A stretch of DNA of 64,000 nucleotides from an uncultured Gammaproteobacteria bacterium (GCA_963764725.1 CAVXTM010000018.1:1-64000), one strand, 5' to 3'. Shown: positions 20,129-31,921, numbered from the stretch's first letter. The notes: a model not told the origin generated them from the sequence alone. Made by a program: numbers and translations.

Positions 20129-20215
20129 ATGTTTACAGAAATTTTGAGCTTGGCCCCGGTCGTTTGCGTCGTGCTCGCGCTGGGAGCGCTATTCTATTTT
20201 ACTCGAGCCCCATAA
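20129..20215 (+). CDS. Putative 28-aa single-TM micro-protein
   Basis: AGGGGGA RBS, then MFTEILSLAPVVCVVLALGALFYFTRAP*. Confidence 0.45.
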   Translation: MFTEILSLAPVVCVVLALGALFYFTRAP

Positions 20216-20436
20216 GCGCCTCTTGCGCTTTTCGTTGATCTAGGAATGCCTTAAGCCGTTGCTGTGCATTTTCTCGCTGCTGCGGAGTAGTTACCGGCAG
20301 CTCGATCTTTTTTGCAGCCGTGCCGCGCGGCGGTGTCGGAATAATGCACCTTCCCTCGACCTGTCTCCGTCAAAAATTCCAAACTCATCAACATCCGCGC
20401 GAATTCCCAGATCGATAGCCGAGCCGGGCACACGCG

Positions 20437-21168
20437 TCAGTTGACTAACCGCCATTTGCCATCGGTATTGCGGCAGGCCGCACGATAAACCTCGCGGAAC
20501 TTGCCTTTCTGCACCACGGTCGTGAGGAACTCCCGGCAGGCGCGGCCGTCCTTGCGGTAATTGCGCACCGGCGTGAGCTTATAGCGGTTTGCGGCACTGT
20601 TCCATGCTACCTGCTCCTTTTCGCCGGCGCCTTCAAGAAATTGCTGCATACAATCTTCGTCAGCGGCCGCCGCCGCCCCATCGACTCGGCTCCCCAGCAT
20701 GGCGCCCAGCAGGGTACCCGTGGCCACCATCGCCGCGTTGCCCGTGCTTGCCTGCGATGCCAAAACCCCGCCGAGCGCCGCACCGTTTTCTCGTCCTGAA
20801 AACCTCGGCGTGCACTCGCCCTTTACGAATACGGGCCGCTCGTCTCTCCAGACCGTACGATCGGGCACAGGCCTAGAATAGTGGCCATCGTTCTTATGAT
20901 GATACGGCAAATAGCGGTCGTAACGCCGGTGGTGCCGGTAATCCTGGGAATCGTCGTCCTCGCTATATCGGGAATGTTCGTAAGCGCGATCGCGGCGGTG
21001 CTTTTCCTTCTTGTAATGATGTTTATCATGATGCTTCCCCTCGTGCTTACTGCGGTAACCATGCGCCGGCGCCCAATCCGGCGGACCGGCGAGGGCAGCG
21101 CATGGGAGCAGGATCACGCTTCCGAGAAAGAGCACCGCAAGACGGACCGTACTGAATATCTTTTCCAT
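20437..21168 (-). CDS. Secreted glycine-zipper / RT0821-Lpp0805-like surface protein with a His-rich N-terminus
   Basis: Signal peptide, PPDWAPAHGYR, His/Lys/Asp-rich linker, GAALGG...GTLLGAMLG zipper, CREF...ACR..DGKWRLV; AGGAG RBS. Confidence 0.85.
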   Translation of the reverse strand: MEKIFSTVRLAVLFLGSVILLPCAALAGPPDWAPAHGYRSKHEGKHHDKHHYKKEKHRRDRAYEHSRYSEDDDSQDYRHHRRYDRYLPYHHKNDGHYSRPVPDRTVWRDERPVFVKGECTPRFSGRENGAALGGVLASQASTGNAAMVATGTLLGAMLGSRVDGAAAAADEDCMQQFLEGAGEKEQVAWNSAANRYKLTPVRNYRKDGRACREFLTTVVQKGKFREVYRAACRNTDGKWRLVN

Positions 21169-21276
21169 GGAATTGCTCCTAAAAGTTTCCTTGCTGGGAT
21201 CGGCGGGGCGGCGAATCTGTCTCCGACACGGGCGCTGAAAACCCGTCGAGAAACTGAAAACGATTGCTGATTAAAG

Positions 21277-21301
21277 CGAGCCCGGCGCTATGCCGGGCTC
21301 G
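21277..21301 (-). terminator. GC-rich hairpin, probable intrinsic terminator
   Basis: CGAGCCCGGC-GCTAT-GCCGGGCTCG 10-bp stem; CTTTAAT follows on the minus strand. Confidence 0.55.
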
Positions 21302-21503
21302 GGTTCATGATGTTCGTACCCATCCTGGTCTTCATGCAAAATCTTCATAAATTAACGTGATAAGGTTCCCGCTCCGGGCATAGATAACGGCCGATACCGA
21401 CCCAGATTGAACCCGCGGCTGGGAAGGAAACCGCGATCAAAGGCCCCGAGACGGCCGTTCCCACCCTTGCGCTCGCGGCGGTAATCCGGTCAAAATGTGC
21501 GCT

Positions 21504-21884
21504 ATGGCCAACCCCGCCCACAGCATTAAGGTGCGTGTGCATTCCACGTATTTGGAAGAGCAATCCTCGCCCGAGAATGAGCAATACGTATTCGCGTACA
21601 CCATCACCATCGAGAACATCGGCACCATACCAGCGAAGCTCCTGGCTCGGCATTGGATCATTACCGACGCCAACGGCAAGATCCGGGAGGTTCGGGGCGA
21701 CGGGGTAGTGGGCGAACAGCCCTATCTGCGACCCGGCGAAGCCTTTCGCTATACGAGCGCCGCGATGATCGAGACCCCGGTCGGCAGCATGCACGGCAGT
21801 TACCAGATGATTGCCGATGACGGCGCCGCATTCGACGCGCCGATCGTAGCTTTCGGATTATCGATACCAAATCTCCTGCACTAA
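21504..21884 (+). CDS. apaG: ApaG protein
   Basis: YVFAYTITI.N, RHWIITD, GDGVVGEQP, GSMHGSYQM. Confidence 0.95.
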   Translation: MANPAHSIKVRVHSTYLEEQSSPENEQYVFAYTITIENIGTIPAKLLARHWIITDANGKIREVRGDGVVGEQPYLRPGEAFRYTSAAMIETPVGSMHGSYQMIADDGAAFDAPIVAFGLSIPNLLH

Positions 21885-21916
21885 GGGCGTGCAGGCGCCT
21901 TTGCGCCCTTCCCCGC

Positions 21917-22732
21917 ATGGCTGTTTTCGCCATTGGTGACATTCAAGGTTGCTATGCGGCGCTCCTCGCCCTGCTCGAAAAGGTACGGTTCGATGCGGAC
22001 CGTGATTATCTATGGTGCACCGGTGATCTCGTCAATCGCGGTCCCGATTCGCTCTCGGTATTGCGATTCGTCAAAGCACTCGGCCGACAGGCCATTACCG
22101 TGTTGGGGAATCACGATCTTCATCTCTTGGCGGTAGCGCACGGAATCCGCGCGCCCCAGCAATCCGATACGTTACAAGCGGTGCTCGACGCCTCTGACCG
22201 CGACGTGCTCATTGACTGGCTGCGCGGGCGGCCACTGCTACATCACGATCCGGCGCACCGGCTGGCGCTCATTCACGCCGGCCTGCCGCCCCAATGGGGA
22301 ATCGCCTTGGCGCGCCGCTGCGCCGCCGAGGTTGAAACGGTGCTGCGCGGTGATGACTATGTGTACTTTCTCCAGCACATGTACGGTAATAGGCCGGAAC
22401 GGTGGTCGCCTGATCTGGACGGCTGGGACAGATGGCGATTCATCACCAATTGCCTGACGCGCTTACGTTATTGCGATGCAGCAGGCCGCATCGCTTTGGA
22501 TGAAAAGGGCCCCCCCGGCACACAAACGGCCGGTTACCGCCCTTGGTTCGAGGCCCCGCGGCGACGCAGTCGCGGGACGTCGATCGTTTTCGGCCACTGG
22601 TCTACGCTCAGGCTCACCGCTGTCGAAATGGAGCGCTACCGCGTATACCCGCTGGACAGCGGTTGCTGTTGGGGCGGTGAGCTTACGGCGATGCGGATCG
22701 AGGATCGGCGCTTTTTCAAGGTCAAGGCGTAG
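21917..22732 (+). CDS. apaH: Symmetrical bis(5'-nucleosyl)-tetraphosphatase
   Basis: IGDIQGC, GDLVNRGPDS, LGNHDLH, FGHWS, DSGCCWGG.LT. Confidence 0.96.
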   Translation: MAVFAIGDIQGCYAALLALLEKVRFDADRDYLWCTGDLVNRGPDSLSVLRFVKALGRQAITVLGNHDLHLLAVAHGIRAPQQSDTLQAVLDASDRDVLIDWLRGRPLLHHDPAHRLALIHAGLPPQWGIALARRCAAEVETVLRGDDYVYFLQHMYGNRPERWSPDLDGWDRWRFITNCLTRLRYCDAAGRIALDEKGPPGTQTAGYRPWFEAPRRRSRGTSIVFGHWSTLRLTAVEMERYRVYPLDSGCCWGGELTAMRIEDRRFFKVKA

Positions 22733-23225
22733 CGCGCCGTTCGAGTACGCTAAAGCTATGCGCAACACGATGGGTTTGGTCGGCTGGAAAGTCCTGCCGG
22801 GACTGCTCCATCCAGTCACCGCGATCGTAATGGGGAAAGTACGTATCTCCGTCAAGCTCGGCGTGGATCTCGGTTAAGTAGATACGCTCGGCGAGCGGAA
22901 AGGTGGCGGCATAGACACTGCCCCCGCCGATGACCATGATCTCCTCACAATCTCGTGCCCAGGCGAGGGCCGCTTCCATGCTCGGAACCACGGTACAACC
23001 CGAAATACTCAGCGCCGGGTTTCGGCTCATCACGATGTTAGTCCGGCCTGGGAGCGCACGGCCGATGGACTCCTGAGTCTTGCGCCCCATGAGCACCGGC
23101 TTTCCCATTGTGAGATCCTTGAAGCGCTTTAAATCGGCGGGGAGACGCCACGGTAAGGCGCCGTGTGCGCCGATCACGCGCTGGCGGGTCATCGCCACGA
23201 TGATCGAAAGCGAAGACTTTGCCAC
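22722..23225 (-). CDS. folA: Dihydrofolate reductase
   Basis: VIG...LPWRLPADLKRFK.LT.GKPVLMGRKT, IGGG.VY, GDTYFP. Confidence 0.96.
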   Translation of the reverse strand: MAKSSLSIIVAMTRQRVIGAHGALPWRLPADLKRFKDLTMGKPVLMGRKTQESIGRALPGRTNIVMSRNPALSISGCTVVPSMEAALAWARDCEEIMVIGGGSVYAATFPLAERIYLTEIHAELDGDTYFPHYDRGDWMEQSRQDFPADQTHRVAHSFSVLERRATP

Positions 23226-23229
23226 CGTT

Positions 23230-24024
23230 TTAGACCGCGATCGGGGCTAGGATCGCGGAATGGTGGCGGTAGTCGGCGATCTCGATATCATCGAATGTGA
23301 ACTCGCAGAGCGATTCCCGGTGCCGACTGAGCCGTAAGCGGGGAGCCGAGAAAGGGCAACGCGACATCTGTTCCTTGGCCTGCTCCAGGTGGTTGAGGTA
23401 AAGATGCGCGTCTCCGAGCGTGTGCACGAGCTCGCCCGGCGCCAAGCCTGTCACCTGCGCCACCATCGCGGTTAGCAAGGCGTAGGAAGCGATATTGAAC
23501 GGCAGGCCCAGGAAAATGTCCGCGCTGCGCTGATAGAGCTGGCAAGACAAGCGGCCCTCGGCCACGTAGAACTGAAACAAGATATGGCACGGCGCCAGCG
23601 CCATCTTGCCGATTTCGCCGGCGTTCCAAGCGCTGACGATCAGACGCCGCGAATCCGGATTGGTTTTAATAGCATGCACGACGTCGTTGAGTTGATCGAC
23701 CCTCCCGCCCCCGGCCGTGGGCCACGCGCGCCATTGTGCGCCATAGACGGGTCCGAGCTCACCACTCGCATCCGCCCATTCGTCCCAGATCCTCACTCCG
23801 TGCTCTTGCAACGTGCGGACATTGGTTTCCCCGCGAATAAACCATAGCAGCTCATGGATCACGGATTTCAGATGCAGCTTCTTAGTCGTGACTGCGGGGA
23901 AGCCTGCTTGCAAATCAAAACGCATCTGATAGCCGAAAACACTGAGCGTGCCCACGCCGGTGCGGTCGCTCTTGCGCACCCCATGCTCAAGCACGTGCTC
24001 GAGGAGAGCTAAGTACTGCCGCAT
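23230..24024 (-). CDS. thyA: Thymidylate synthase
   Basis: [32 protein letters not shown]. Confidence 0.98.
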   Translation of the reverse strand: MRQYLALLEHVLEHGVRKSDRTGVGTLSVFGYQMRFDLQAGFPAVTTKKLHLKSVIHELLWFIRGETNVRTLQEHGVRIWDEWADASGELGPVYGAQWRAWPTAGGGRVDQLNDVVHAIKTNPDSRRLIVSAWNAGEIGKMALAPCHILFQFYVAEGRLSCQLYQRSADIFLGLPFNIASYALLTAMVAQVTGLAPGELVHTLGDAHLYLNHLEQAKEQMSRCPFSAPRLRLSRHRESLCEFTFDDIEIADYRHHSAILAPIAV

Positions 24025-24048
24025 GGGCTCGCGAAAAGCGCTATCCCT

Positions 24049-24873
24049 TTAGGAGCGGCGGCCGGTTCGCACCGATGCTAACGGTTCCCGCGGGCGGCGA
24101 TAGGCATTCCTGATCCACCAGATGCCGATCATCACCATCGGCACCGTCAGCGCCTGCCCCATCGTTAACCAACCGAAAGCGAGGTAACCTAGGGGTTCCT
24201 CGGGCACTTTCGCAAACTCCACCACGAAACGCACCAAACCGTAACCCAAGAGAAACATGCCCGAGACAGCCCCGCGAGGCCGGGTCTTCGAGGAGAAGGT
24301 CCACAGCACGCAAAACAAGACCACGCCCTCCAAGAAGGCCTCGTAAAGCTGCGAGGGATGCCGCGGGATACCGCCGGCCGCCGGATCGGGGAAGATCACG
24401 GCCCATGGCAGATCCGTCGGTCGTCCCCACAGCTCACCGTTGATAAAATTCGCGATCCTCCCAAAGCAAAGACCGGGTGGAACCGCCGGTGCGAGAAAAT
24501 CGATGACATCAAAAAAATCCTTACCGAGTGTCTTTGCGTAGATCGCCATCGCGATCAGCACACCGATGAGTCCGCCGTGAAACGACATCCCGCCTTCCCA
24601 AATCTTGAAGATAGCGATCGGATCGCTGAGATACATCGTCAGGTTATAAAACACCACGTGCCCTAATCGGCCGCCGAGCACCGCGCCCAGCGCGGCGTAG
24701 AATATGAGATCACTGATCTGCGACTCCGACCAGTCGAGCGCCTGCCGACGCGCCCGGTAGCGCATCAGCCACCAGGCCACTCCAAAGGCGGCGAGGTAGG
24801 CGATCCCGTACCAGCGTACGGCAAGCGGACCGATTCTGAATGCAACGGGATCGATGTCGGGGAAAGGGATCAC
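24049..24873 (-). CDS. lgt: Prolipoprotein diacylglyceryl transferase
   Basis: [49 protein letters not shown] start chosen; the longer ORF overlaps the next gene in antisense. Confidence 0.95.
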   Translation of the reverse strand: MIPFPDIDPVAFRIGPLAVRWYGIAYLAAFGVAWWLMRYRARRQALDWSESQISDLIFYAALGAVLGGRLGHVVFYNLTMYLSDPIAIFKIWEGGMSFHGGLIGVLIAMAIYAKTLGKDFFDVIDFLAPAVPPGLCFGRIANFINGELWGRPTDLPWAVIFPDPAAGGIPRHPSQLYEAFLEGVVLFCVLWTFSSKTRPRGAVSGMFLLGYGLVRFVVEFAKVPEEPLGYLAFGWLTMGQALTVPMVMIGIWWIRNAYRRPREPLASVRTGRRS

Positions 24874-24960
24874 GGCGGTAATAGTAGCATGGAGTGCGCG
24901 AACCCCGCGCGGGATTGCGTTACACTCTTTCGGCATAGCACCCACTCGCGACCATCCGGC

Positions 24961-27027
24961 ATGAATTCCCTCGCACAAGAAACCAGCCCCTATCTCTTGC
25001 AGCACGCCGACAACCCGGTGGACTGGTATCCGTGGGGAGACGTAGCGCTCTCGCGCGCGCGCGCCGAGGGCAAACCGATCTTGCTTTCTATCGGTTACTC
25101 GGCCTGCCACTGGTGCCATGTTATGGCGCACGAGTCTTTCGAAGACGAGGCAACCGCGGCGCTGATGAACAAGCACTTCATCAACATCAAGGTGGATCGG
25201 GAGGAGCGCCCTGATCTCGACAAAATCTACCAACTGGCGCACCAGCTTCTGACCGGGCGCGGCGGCGGCTGGCCGCTCACCCTGTTCCTCACGCCTGAAG
25301 ACCACGCTCCGTTCTTCGCGGGCACCTATTTTCCGCCCGAGCCACGCTACGGGATGCCGTGCTTTGCGGATATTCTGCGCCGGATCGCCGGCGCCTACCG
25401 GGAGCAACACCAGGAAATCCGCAGCCAGAACAGCGCCTTGATCGAGGGTTTGCGCAACCTTGGAACACAGCAACAAGCGCCCGGCGTCATCAGCGATGCG
25501 CCGCTAATCGAGGCGCGGCGACAGCTCGGGCAAGCTTTCGACAGCCATTTCGGTGGGTTTGGCGCGGCGCCGAAGTTCCCGCATCCGGTCCATATCGAGT
25601 TCCTGCTGCGCCGCTATGCGGCGGGCGCCGTGGCAGGGACGCCCGATACCGAAGGCTTGGAAATGGCGCTCTTCACGCTGCGGCGAATGGCCCGCGGAGG
25701 CATCTACGATCATCTAGGTGGCGGCTTCTGCCGTTACTCGGTCGATGAGCGCTGGATGATCCCACATTTCGAGAAGATGCTCTACGATAACGGCCCGTTG
25801 CTCGCGGTGTATAGCTGGGCCTGGCAGTTGAACCGGGATCCCTTGTTCAAGAAGACCGCCCTCGAGACGGCGGAATGGACACTGCGCGAGATGCAATCTC
25901 CCGAGGGTGGCTTCTATTCCAGTCTGGATGCCGACTCCGAAGGTCACGAAGGCCGGTTTTACGTTTGGGATGCGAAAGAAATTCAGTCGCTGCTCACCGC
26001 GGAGGAGTACCCTGTCCTAGCACGCTGTCTCGGTCTGGATCAGGCCCCGAATTTCGAAGGCCAATGGCACCTGTGCGTGTCCGTGCCGCTGGAGGCGCTC
26101 GCCAAGGAATGGGGTAAGCCGCTCGCGGATCTCGAGCGGCTTTACGCCGAGAGCCGGGAAAAACTCCTCGCCGCCCGCGCACGGCGCATCCGGCCGGGCC
26201 GGGATGAGAAGGTGCTAACGGCATGGAACGGTCTTATGATCAAAGGACTGGCGGTTGCCGGCCGGGTTTTGGAGCAGCCCGATTTTCTAGATGCGGCCCA
26301 GCGAGCGGTTGATTTTATCCGCGCGCGGATGTGGCAGGACGGGTGGCTCCGCGCGACGTATAAGGATGGCAGGGCTCGGCTCAACGCCTATCTTGATGAT
26401 CATGCCTTCGTAATCGAGGGACTGTTAGCGTTACTCGAAGCCCGTTGGCATGACGGCAACATGCGCTTTGCAATCGAGCTCGCGGAAGCCCTGCTCGCGC
26501 GTTTTGAAGATCCGGTGCAAGGCGGATTCTTCTTCACCTCGCACGATCACGAAGCCCTGCTACTGCGATCAAAATCGCTTTCCGATGACGCGCTTCCGTC
26601 CGGGGCGGGTATTGCCGCTTACGCGCTTGGGCGGCTCGGACACCTGCTGGGCGAGAGCCGCTATCTCGATGCGCGCGACCGCGGCCTGCACAGCGCCTGG
26701 GGCGCCATCGAACGCTATCCTACCGCTCACAATGCCTTGCTCCTCGCATTGGAAGAGTATCTCGTGCCGCCGATCTCCGTGGTGATCCGAGGCGATAAGT
26801 CCGCGGAGGATTGGCATCGGCGCTGCGCCCAACGCTACGCACCGCAACGGCTGGCGCTGGCGATTCCATCGACCGCCACCGAGCTTCCCGGCCTCCTCGC
26901 CCATCGGACAGCTCACGGCGCCGCCGTAGCCTACGTCTGCGAAGGGCAGCAATGCCGTCCCGCCATCGAGCGTTTCGAGGAGCTCGATCGGGTCCTTTGC
27001 GGCAGCGAGGCGATCGCGTCCGGCTGA
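24961..27027 (+). CDS. Thioredoxin-domain YyaL/SSP411 (DUF255) family protein
   Basis: [52 protein letters not shown]. Confidence 0.93.
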   Translation: MNSLAQETSPYLLQHADNPVDWYPWGDVALSRARAEGKPILLSIGYSACHWCHVMAHESFEDEATAALMNKHFINIKVDREERPDLDKIYQLAHQLLTGRGGGWPLTLFLTPEDHAPFFAGTYFPPEPRYGMPCFADILRRIAGAYREQHQEIRSQNSALIEGLRNLGTQQQAPGVISDAPLIEARRQLGQAFDSHFGGFGAAPKFPHPVHIEFLLRRYAAGAVAGTPDTEGLEMALFTLRRMARGGIYDHLGGGFCRYSVDERWMIPHFEKMLYDNGPLLAVYSWAWQLNRDPLFKKTALETAEWTLREMQSPEGGFYSSLDADSEGHEGRFYVWDAKEIQSLLTAEEYPVLARCLGLDQAPNFEGQWHLCVSVPLEALAKEWGKPLADLERLYAESREKLLAARARRIRPGRDEKVLTAWNGLMIKGLAVAGRVLEQPDFLDAAQRAVDFIRARMWQDGWLRATYKDGRARLNAYLDDHAFVIEGLLALLEARWHDGNMRFAIELAEALLARFEDPVQGGFFFTSHDHEALLLRSKSLSDDALPSGAGIAAYALGRLGHLLGESRYLDARDRGLHSAWGAIERYPTAHNALLLALEEYLVPPISVVIRGDKSAEDWHRRCAQRYAPQRLALAIPSTATELPGLLAHRTAHGAAVAYVCEGQQCRPAIERFEELDRVLCGSEAIASG

Positions 27028-27047
27028 CCGGCATGCCGCCTGGCGCC

Positions 27048-27434
27048 CTATTGTTTCTTGAGAAAATAGTGCAGCGACGAAGAGGAGCTCTTCAAAGTCA
27101 TCGCGTCGGGTTTCTTTTCGATCACCTCGAAGGTCCCGCTGCGGCCGGTCACGATCTTACCCTCGTTGACATCATAGGTATCCGTGATAGTCAACTCGCG
27201 GCCACCGCCCGTCAGGGTTTCGGAGAACTGATACACGCTCGTCATCGATAGGACGCCGTCCTCGCCGAACGTCCACTTGGAAGTTTCCGGAGAGCGCTTA
27301 CCCGTCAGGTTAAGAGCGGTGCCTTCTATCACCCAGTTTCCGGCGATATCGGAGCGCTGTTGGATCAGCGGTTGCGCCGCCGCAGATGCAAACAAACAAA
27401 GAAAGATCCCCCCCCGCAGAACTGACTTGATCAT
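27048..27434 (-). CDS. Secreted hypothetical protein (lipocalin-like beta fold possible)
   Basis: Signal peptide, IAGNW...WTFGEDG...MTLK...YFLKK; GAGGAGG RBS. Confidence 0.7.
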   Translation of the reverse strand: MIKSVLRGGIFLCLFASAAAQPLIQQRSDIAGNWVIEGTALNLTGKRSPETSKWTFGEDGVLSMTSVYQFSETLTGGGRELTITDTYDVNEGKIVTGRSGTFEVIEKKPDAMTLKSSSSSLHYFLKKQ

Positions 27435-27595
27435 ACGCCCTCCTCGTCACGCTGCGTTGTTACTCATATATGCGTCTGGCGGGCGTTATTTTGACCGGCG
27501 GCCTTGCCCGGCACAAGCCCCTCGGCGCAAAGCCAGGGGGAGATCCGTTACGCGCCGTCAGAGGCCGCCGTTCCTGACGGGGTCAACTCTCCGGT

Positions 27596-27922
27596 TCAGT
27601 ACGGGAACCAGCGATAATAGGGATAGTAGTAAGACCGATAGTACGGCCGATGCGGCCGGAACGACTGATAGTAACCGTACCGCGGCGTCTGGTAATGACG
27701 CCGGTAGTGCGGCTGGTAATAAGAATAGCGCGGGGACTGGTGCCGGTAGCCATAACCGCCATAGGCATGGGATCCCTGGCGCCGGTGGCCGTAACCGCCG
27801 TAGGCATGGGATCCCTGGGAGGACCGGTAACCAAAGTTCCACGCTTGACTGGCCGCGGGAACGCATAAACCGATAACCAAGACTAGGGCCGCGATGTGGG
27901 TAGAGACACGAGACGTCAACAT
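27596..27922 (-). CDS. Secreted Tyr/His/Arg/Gly-rich low-complexity protein with a 39-bp tandem repeat
   Basis: GAGGAGG RBS, signal peptide ending ASQA, QGSHAYGGYG twice. Confidence 0.7.
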   Translation of the reverse strand: MLTSRVSTHIAALVLVIGLCVPAASQAWNFGYRSSQGSHAYGGYGHRRQGSHAYGGYGYRHQSPRYSYYQPHYRRHYQTPRYGYYQSFRPHRPYYRSYYYPYYRWFPY

Positions 27923-28050
27923 GATACACCTCCTCATTTCGGGAGCATCCGCGATGCTGGCGGACAATCTAGCCCACGCATGCTGAATGCTTGCTGAATA
28001 TACGCGTCAGGGTTGAGGATCGGTTTTCAGCGGGGTATCGGCGAATCGCT

Positions 28051-28983
28051 CTAGAAGCCGGTGCCAAAGCTCTCCCGATAGCGCGCCTCGAACTCTGGCC
28101 GCGTGATGCGGTGATTCTGCGTACCGGCGCACTCGATCTTGATCGCTCCCATGAGCGATGCGATGCGGCCAATTGTCTCCCAATCGAGGTCGTTGATGAT
28201 CCCGAATAGCAGACCCGCGCGATAAGCGTCCCCGCAGCCGGTCGGATCCGCAATCGCGCGCGGTTTCGCCGGCGGGATCTCGTAACAGCCCGAAGCCGTA
28301 AAGATCCGCGAGCCTTGCGCCCCGCGCGTGATGACGAGCGCCTCGACGCGGGCCGCGACTTCGTCCGGGGTCAGGCCTGTGCGTTCCTGCATCAGATGCC
28401 ATTCGTAATCGTTCACGGTCACCCACGCGGCTTGCTCTATGAAGGCCCGCAGATCCTCGGCGCCGAACATCGGCATCCCCTGGCCGGGGTCGAAAATAAA
28501 GGGAATGCCCATGCGGGTGAATTGGTCGGCATGCTGGAGCATGCCGTCGCGTCCATCGGGCGAGATGATGCCGACCGAGCGCCCCTCCACCGCGGGTACC
28601 GTGTTAAGGTGTGAGAGGCTCATCGCGCCCGGATGGAAGGCCGTGATTTGATTATCGTCCAGATCCGTCGTGATGAAGGCTTGCGCCGTGAGTGTGTCGC
28701 TCAGGACGCGAATATGATCACGCCTGATCCCGCAGCGGTCCATCCACTCGGCATAGGGCCCGAAGTCGCGGCCCGCCGCCGCTACCGGCAACGGATCTTC
28801 GCCGAGGAGCTTGAGATTGTAAGCGATGTTTCCCGCGCAGCCCCCGAACTCACGGCGCATTTCCGGCACCATGAATGAGACGTTCAGGATGTGGATCTTC
28901 TCGGGCAGGATATGGTTCTTAAAACGGTCAGGGAACACCATGATGTTGTCATAGGCGATCGAACCGCAAATCAATGCAGGCAT
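28051..28983 (-). CDS. PfkB carbohydrate kinase (adenosine kinase-like)
   Basis: ICGSIAYDNIM, FGGCAGNIAY, DPGQ, DPTGCGDAYRAG. Confidence 0.92.
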   Translation of the reverse strand: MPALICGSIAYDNIMVFPDRFKNHILPEKIHILNVSFMVPEMRREFGGCAGNIAYNLKLLGEDPLPVAAAGRDFGPYAEWMDRCGIRRDHIRVLSDTLTAQAFITTDLDDNQITAFHPGAMSLSHLNTVPAVEGRSVGIISPDGRDGMLQHADQFTRMGIPFIFDPGQGMPMFGAEDLRAFIEQAAWVTVNDYEWHLMQERTGLTPDEVAARVEALVITRGAQGSRIFTASGCYEIPPAKPRAIADPTGCGDAYRAGLLFGIINDLDWETIGRIASLMGAIKIECAGTQNHRITRPEFEARYRESFGTGF

Positions 28984-29053
28984 GGCCGGTGCCTCCTCGT
29001 TGCTGTGTGTATAACTGATAAAATGAGTCGATCGCGCGCATCCATCCCTTTCT

Positions 29054-31921
29054 CTAAGCCCGTTGCGCCCATATCGCAGGCGATTCTTTGGGAGCGTGGC
29101 GCGCCAACACCGGCGCTAGATGTTTGCCCGTATAGGAGCTTGGGTCGGCCGCCAGCATCTCGGGCGTACCAATCGCAACGATCTGCCCGCCCTGATCGCC
29201 TCCCTCCGGTCCGAGATCGATGATCCAATCCGCGGTCTTGATCACCTCCAGGTTGTGCTCGATGACCACCACCGTGTTGCCGCGATCGCGAAGCCGATGG
29301 AGTACCTGCAATAACTGCTCGATGTCGTGGAAATGCAAACCGGTCGTGGGCTCGTCCAGGATGTACAAGGTGGCGCCGGTATCGCGCCGCGACAACTCTC
29401 GCGATAGCTTCAGGCGCTGGGCTTCCCCGCCCGACAGCGTGGTCGCATTTTGACCGAGCTTGAGGTAAGACACCCCGACCTCCATCAAGGTTTGAAGCTT
29501 GGTCGCAATCGCCGGGACGGGGTCAAAGAAGGCCCGCGCCTCCTCCACCGTCATCTCGAGAACCTCGGCAATAGTCCTACCCTTGTACTTGACATCAAGC
29601 GTCTCGCGGTTATAACGCGAGCCCTTGCAGAGATCACACGCCACATAAACGTCGGGAAGAAAATGCATCTCGACCTTGATCATGCCCTCGCCCTGACACG
29701 CCTCGCAGCGCCCGCCCTTGACGTTGAAGCTGAAGCGGCCCGGCATATAGCCGCGCGAACGCGCTTCCTGGGTGGCGGAAAAAAGCTCGCGCACCGGAGC
29801 AAATAGACCGGTGTAGGTGGCGGGATTGGAACGCGGGGTGCGCCCGATGGGGCTTTGATCGATGTCGACGACCTTATCCAACCATTGGATCCCCTCGACC
29901 TCGGCATACGGCTTCGGCTCTATATGTGCCTGGTGCAAGCGCCGCGCCGCGATCGGATACAGGGTGTCGTTGACGAGCGTCGACTTCCCCGATCCGGACA
30001 CGCCGGTCACACAGATCATGAGCCCCAAGGGAAACGCCACGTCTATCGATTTGAGATTGTTTCCCCGGGCCCCATAAAGGTATAACGCGGGTCTGCCATC
30101 GGCGGCGGTGCGGGTGCGCGGCAAGGCGATCGCCCGCCGGCCGGAGAGATACTGACCGGTCAGCGATTCCGCATGCTGCGCGACAGTCGCCGCTGGACCG
30201 GCGGCGACCACCCGGCCGCCGTGGATTCCGGCGCCCGGTCCCATGTCGAGCACATGGTCCGCGGCCCAGATAGCTTCCTCATCGTGCTCGACCACGATCA
30301 CTGTATTGCCGAGGTCGCGGAGGTGACAAAGCGTAGTGAGGAGGCGCCGATTGTCGCGCGGGTGGAGACCGATCGAGGGCTCGTCGATCACGTACATGAC
30401 ACCCACGAGGCCCGCGCCCAACTGGCTCGCTAGGCGGATCCGCTGGGCTTCCCCCCCGGAGAGCGAATCCGCGCTGCGATCGAGGGTGAGATAGTCGAGT
30501 CCGACATTGGCCAGAAACCGGAGCCGGGTGCTGACTTCCTTTAGAATCCTGGCCGCGATCTCGCCCTTGTAACCCTCGAGACGGAGAGCCTCACAATATT
30601 CCCGCGCCTTCTCCACCGTCATCGCCGTGATTTCGGGCAAGCGCAAGCCACCGACGAAGACCGAGCGCGCCTGGGTTCCTAGACGTGTGCCGTTACACGC
30701 GGGACACGCCTTGGTGCCGATATACTTGCGCAGCTCCTCGCGGACCAGGTTCGATTCGGTATCCCGGTAGCGCCGTTTCAAGTTCGGAATGACCCCTTCG
30801 AAGCAGTGGCGGCGCGTCCGTGTCGCACCCTCGCTGTCAGTATCGTGGAACGCGATCGCCTCGCTCCCTCCGCCCTCAAGGATGAGGTGTTGGATCGCTT
30901 CGGATAGGTCTTTGAACGGGGAATCGAGATCGAAGCCATAGTGCGCGGCCAAATCCGACATGAGCTGGAAATAATGCACATTGCGCCGGTCCCACCCAGG
31001 GATCGCGCCCCCCGGCAGGCTCAACTCCGGGTGCCGCACGATCTGCGTGGGGTCGAAGAATTCGGCGATCCCGAGCCCGTCGCAATCGCGGCAGGCTCCG
31101 GCCGGATTGTTGAAGGAGAACAGGCGCGGCTCGATCTCCTCAATGCTATAGGCGCAATGCGGACAGGCAAAGCGCGCCGAAAACACCAGCTCGGGGCGTT
31201 CCGGATCGTCGATGAATGCGACCCGGGCGATGCCCCCGGAGACCTTAATCGCCGTCTCGAACGATTCGGCCAAACGCAGCTCGAGATTCGCCCGCACCTT
31301 GAACCTATCGACCACCGCCTCGATAGCATGTTTTTTGTATAATGCCAGCGCGGGCGGCTTGTCGAGATCGATCAGGCGGCCGTCGACGCGGGCGCGCACG
31401 AAGCCTTGCTTGCCGAGAGCGTCGAGGATGTCGCGGTGCTCGCCCTTGCGGCCCTGAACCACCGGCGCCAGCAGCATCAAGCGCGTGCCCTCGGGCTCGG
31501 CCACCACTCGATCCACCATTTGGCTGATGGTCCGCGCCGCGAGCACCGAACCATGCTCCGGGCATCGGGGTTCTCCGGCCCGCGCAAACAGAAGGCGCAG
31601 ATAATCGTAGATCTCGGTGGTGGTCCCCACGGTCGAGCGTGGATTGTGCGAAGTGGATTTCTGTTCGATGGCGATGGCGGGTGAAAGGCCTTCGATAGAA
31701 TCGACATCCGGCTTTTGCATCATGGATAAGAACTGGCGCGCGTAAGTGGATAGCGATTCGACATAACGCCGTTGACCCTCGGCATAGAGGGTATCGAAGG
31801 CCAAGGAGGATTTGCCAGAACCCGAGAGGCCCGTGATTACGGTGAAGGCGCCGCGCGGCAAGTCGATGTCGATGTTCTTTAGATTATGCGTCCGCGCGCC
31901 GCGGATGCGAATGGTTTCCAT
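29054..31921 (-). CDS. uvrA: Excinuclease ABC subunit A
   Basis: [18 protein letters not shown], two LSGGEAQR motifs, zinc fingers. Confidence 0.98.
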   Translation of the reverse strand: METIRIRGARTHNLKNIDIDLPRGAFTVITGLSGSGKSSLAFDTLYAEGQRRYVESLSTYARQFLSMMQKPDVDSIEGLSPAIAIEQKSTSHNPRSTVGTTTEIYDYLRLLFARAGEPRCPEHGSVLAARTISQMVDRVVAEPEGTRLMLLAPVVQGRKGEHRDILDALGKQGFVRARVDGRLIDLDKPPALALYKKHAIEAVVDRFKVRANLELRLAESFETAIKVSGGIARVAFIDDPERPELVFSARFACPHCAYSIEEIEPRLFSFNNPAGACRDCDGLGIAEFFDPTQIVRHPELSLPGGAIPGWDRRNVHYFQLMSDLAAHYGFDLDSPFKDLSEAIQHLILEGGGSEAIAFHDTDSEGATRTRRHCFEGVIPNLKRRYRDTESNLVREELRKYIGTKACPACNGTRLGTQARSVFVGGLRLPEITAMTVEKAREYCEALRLEGYKGEIAARILKEVSTRLRFLANVGLDYLTLDRSADSLSGGEAQRIRLASQLGAGLVGVMYVIDEPSIGLHPRDNRRLLTTLCHLRDLGNTVIVVEHDEEAIWAADHVLDMGPGAGIHGGRVVAAGPAATVAQHAESLTGQYLSGRRAIALPRTRTAADGRPALYLYGARGNNLKSIDVAFPLGLMICVTGVSGSGKSTLVNDTLYPIAARRLHQAHIEPKPYAEVEGIQWLDKVVDIDQSPIGRTPRSNPATYTGLFAPVRELFSATQEARSRGYMPGRFSFNVKGGRCEACQGEGMIKVEMHFLPDVYVACDLCKGSRYNRETLDVKYKGRTIAEVLEMTVEEARAFFDPVPAIATKLQTLMEVGVSYLKLGQNATTLSGGEAQRLKLSRELSRRDTGATLYILDEPTTGLHFHDIEQLLQVLHRLRDRGNTVVVIEHNLEVIKTADWIIDLGPEGGDQGGQIVAIGTPEMLAADPSSYTGKHLAPVLARHAPKESPAIWAQRA

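Noticed and set aside
24874-25476. 200-aa N-terminal extension of the lgt ORF
   Set aside because: Antisense shadow of the DUF255 gene; Lgt homology starts at 24873.
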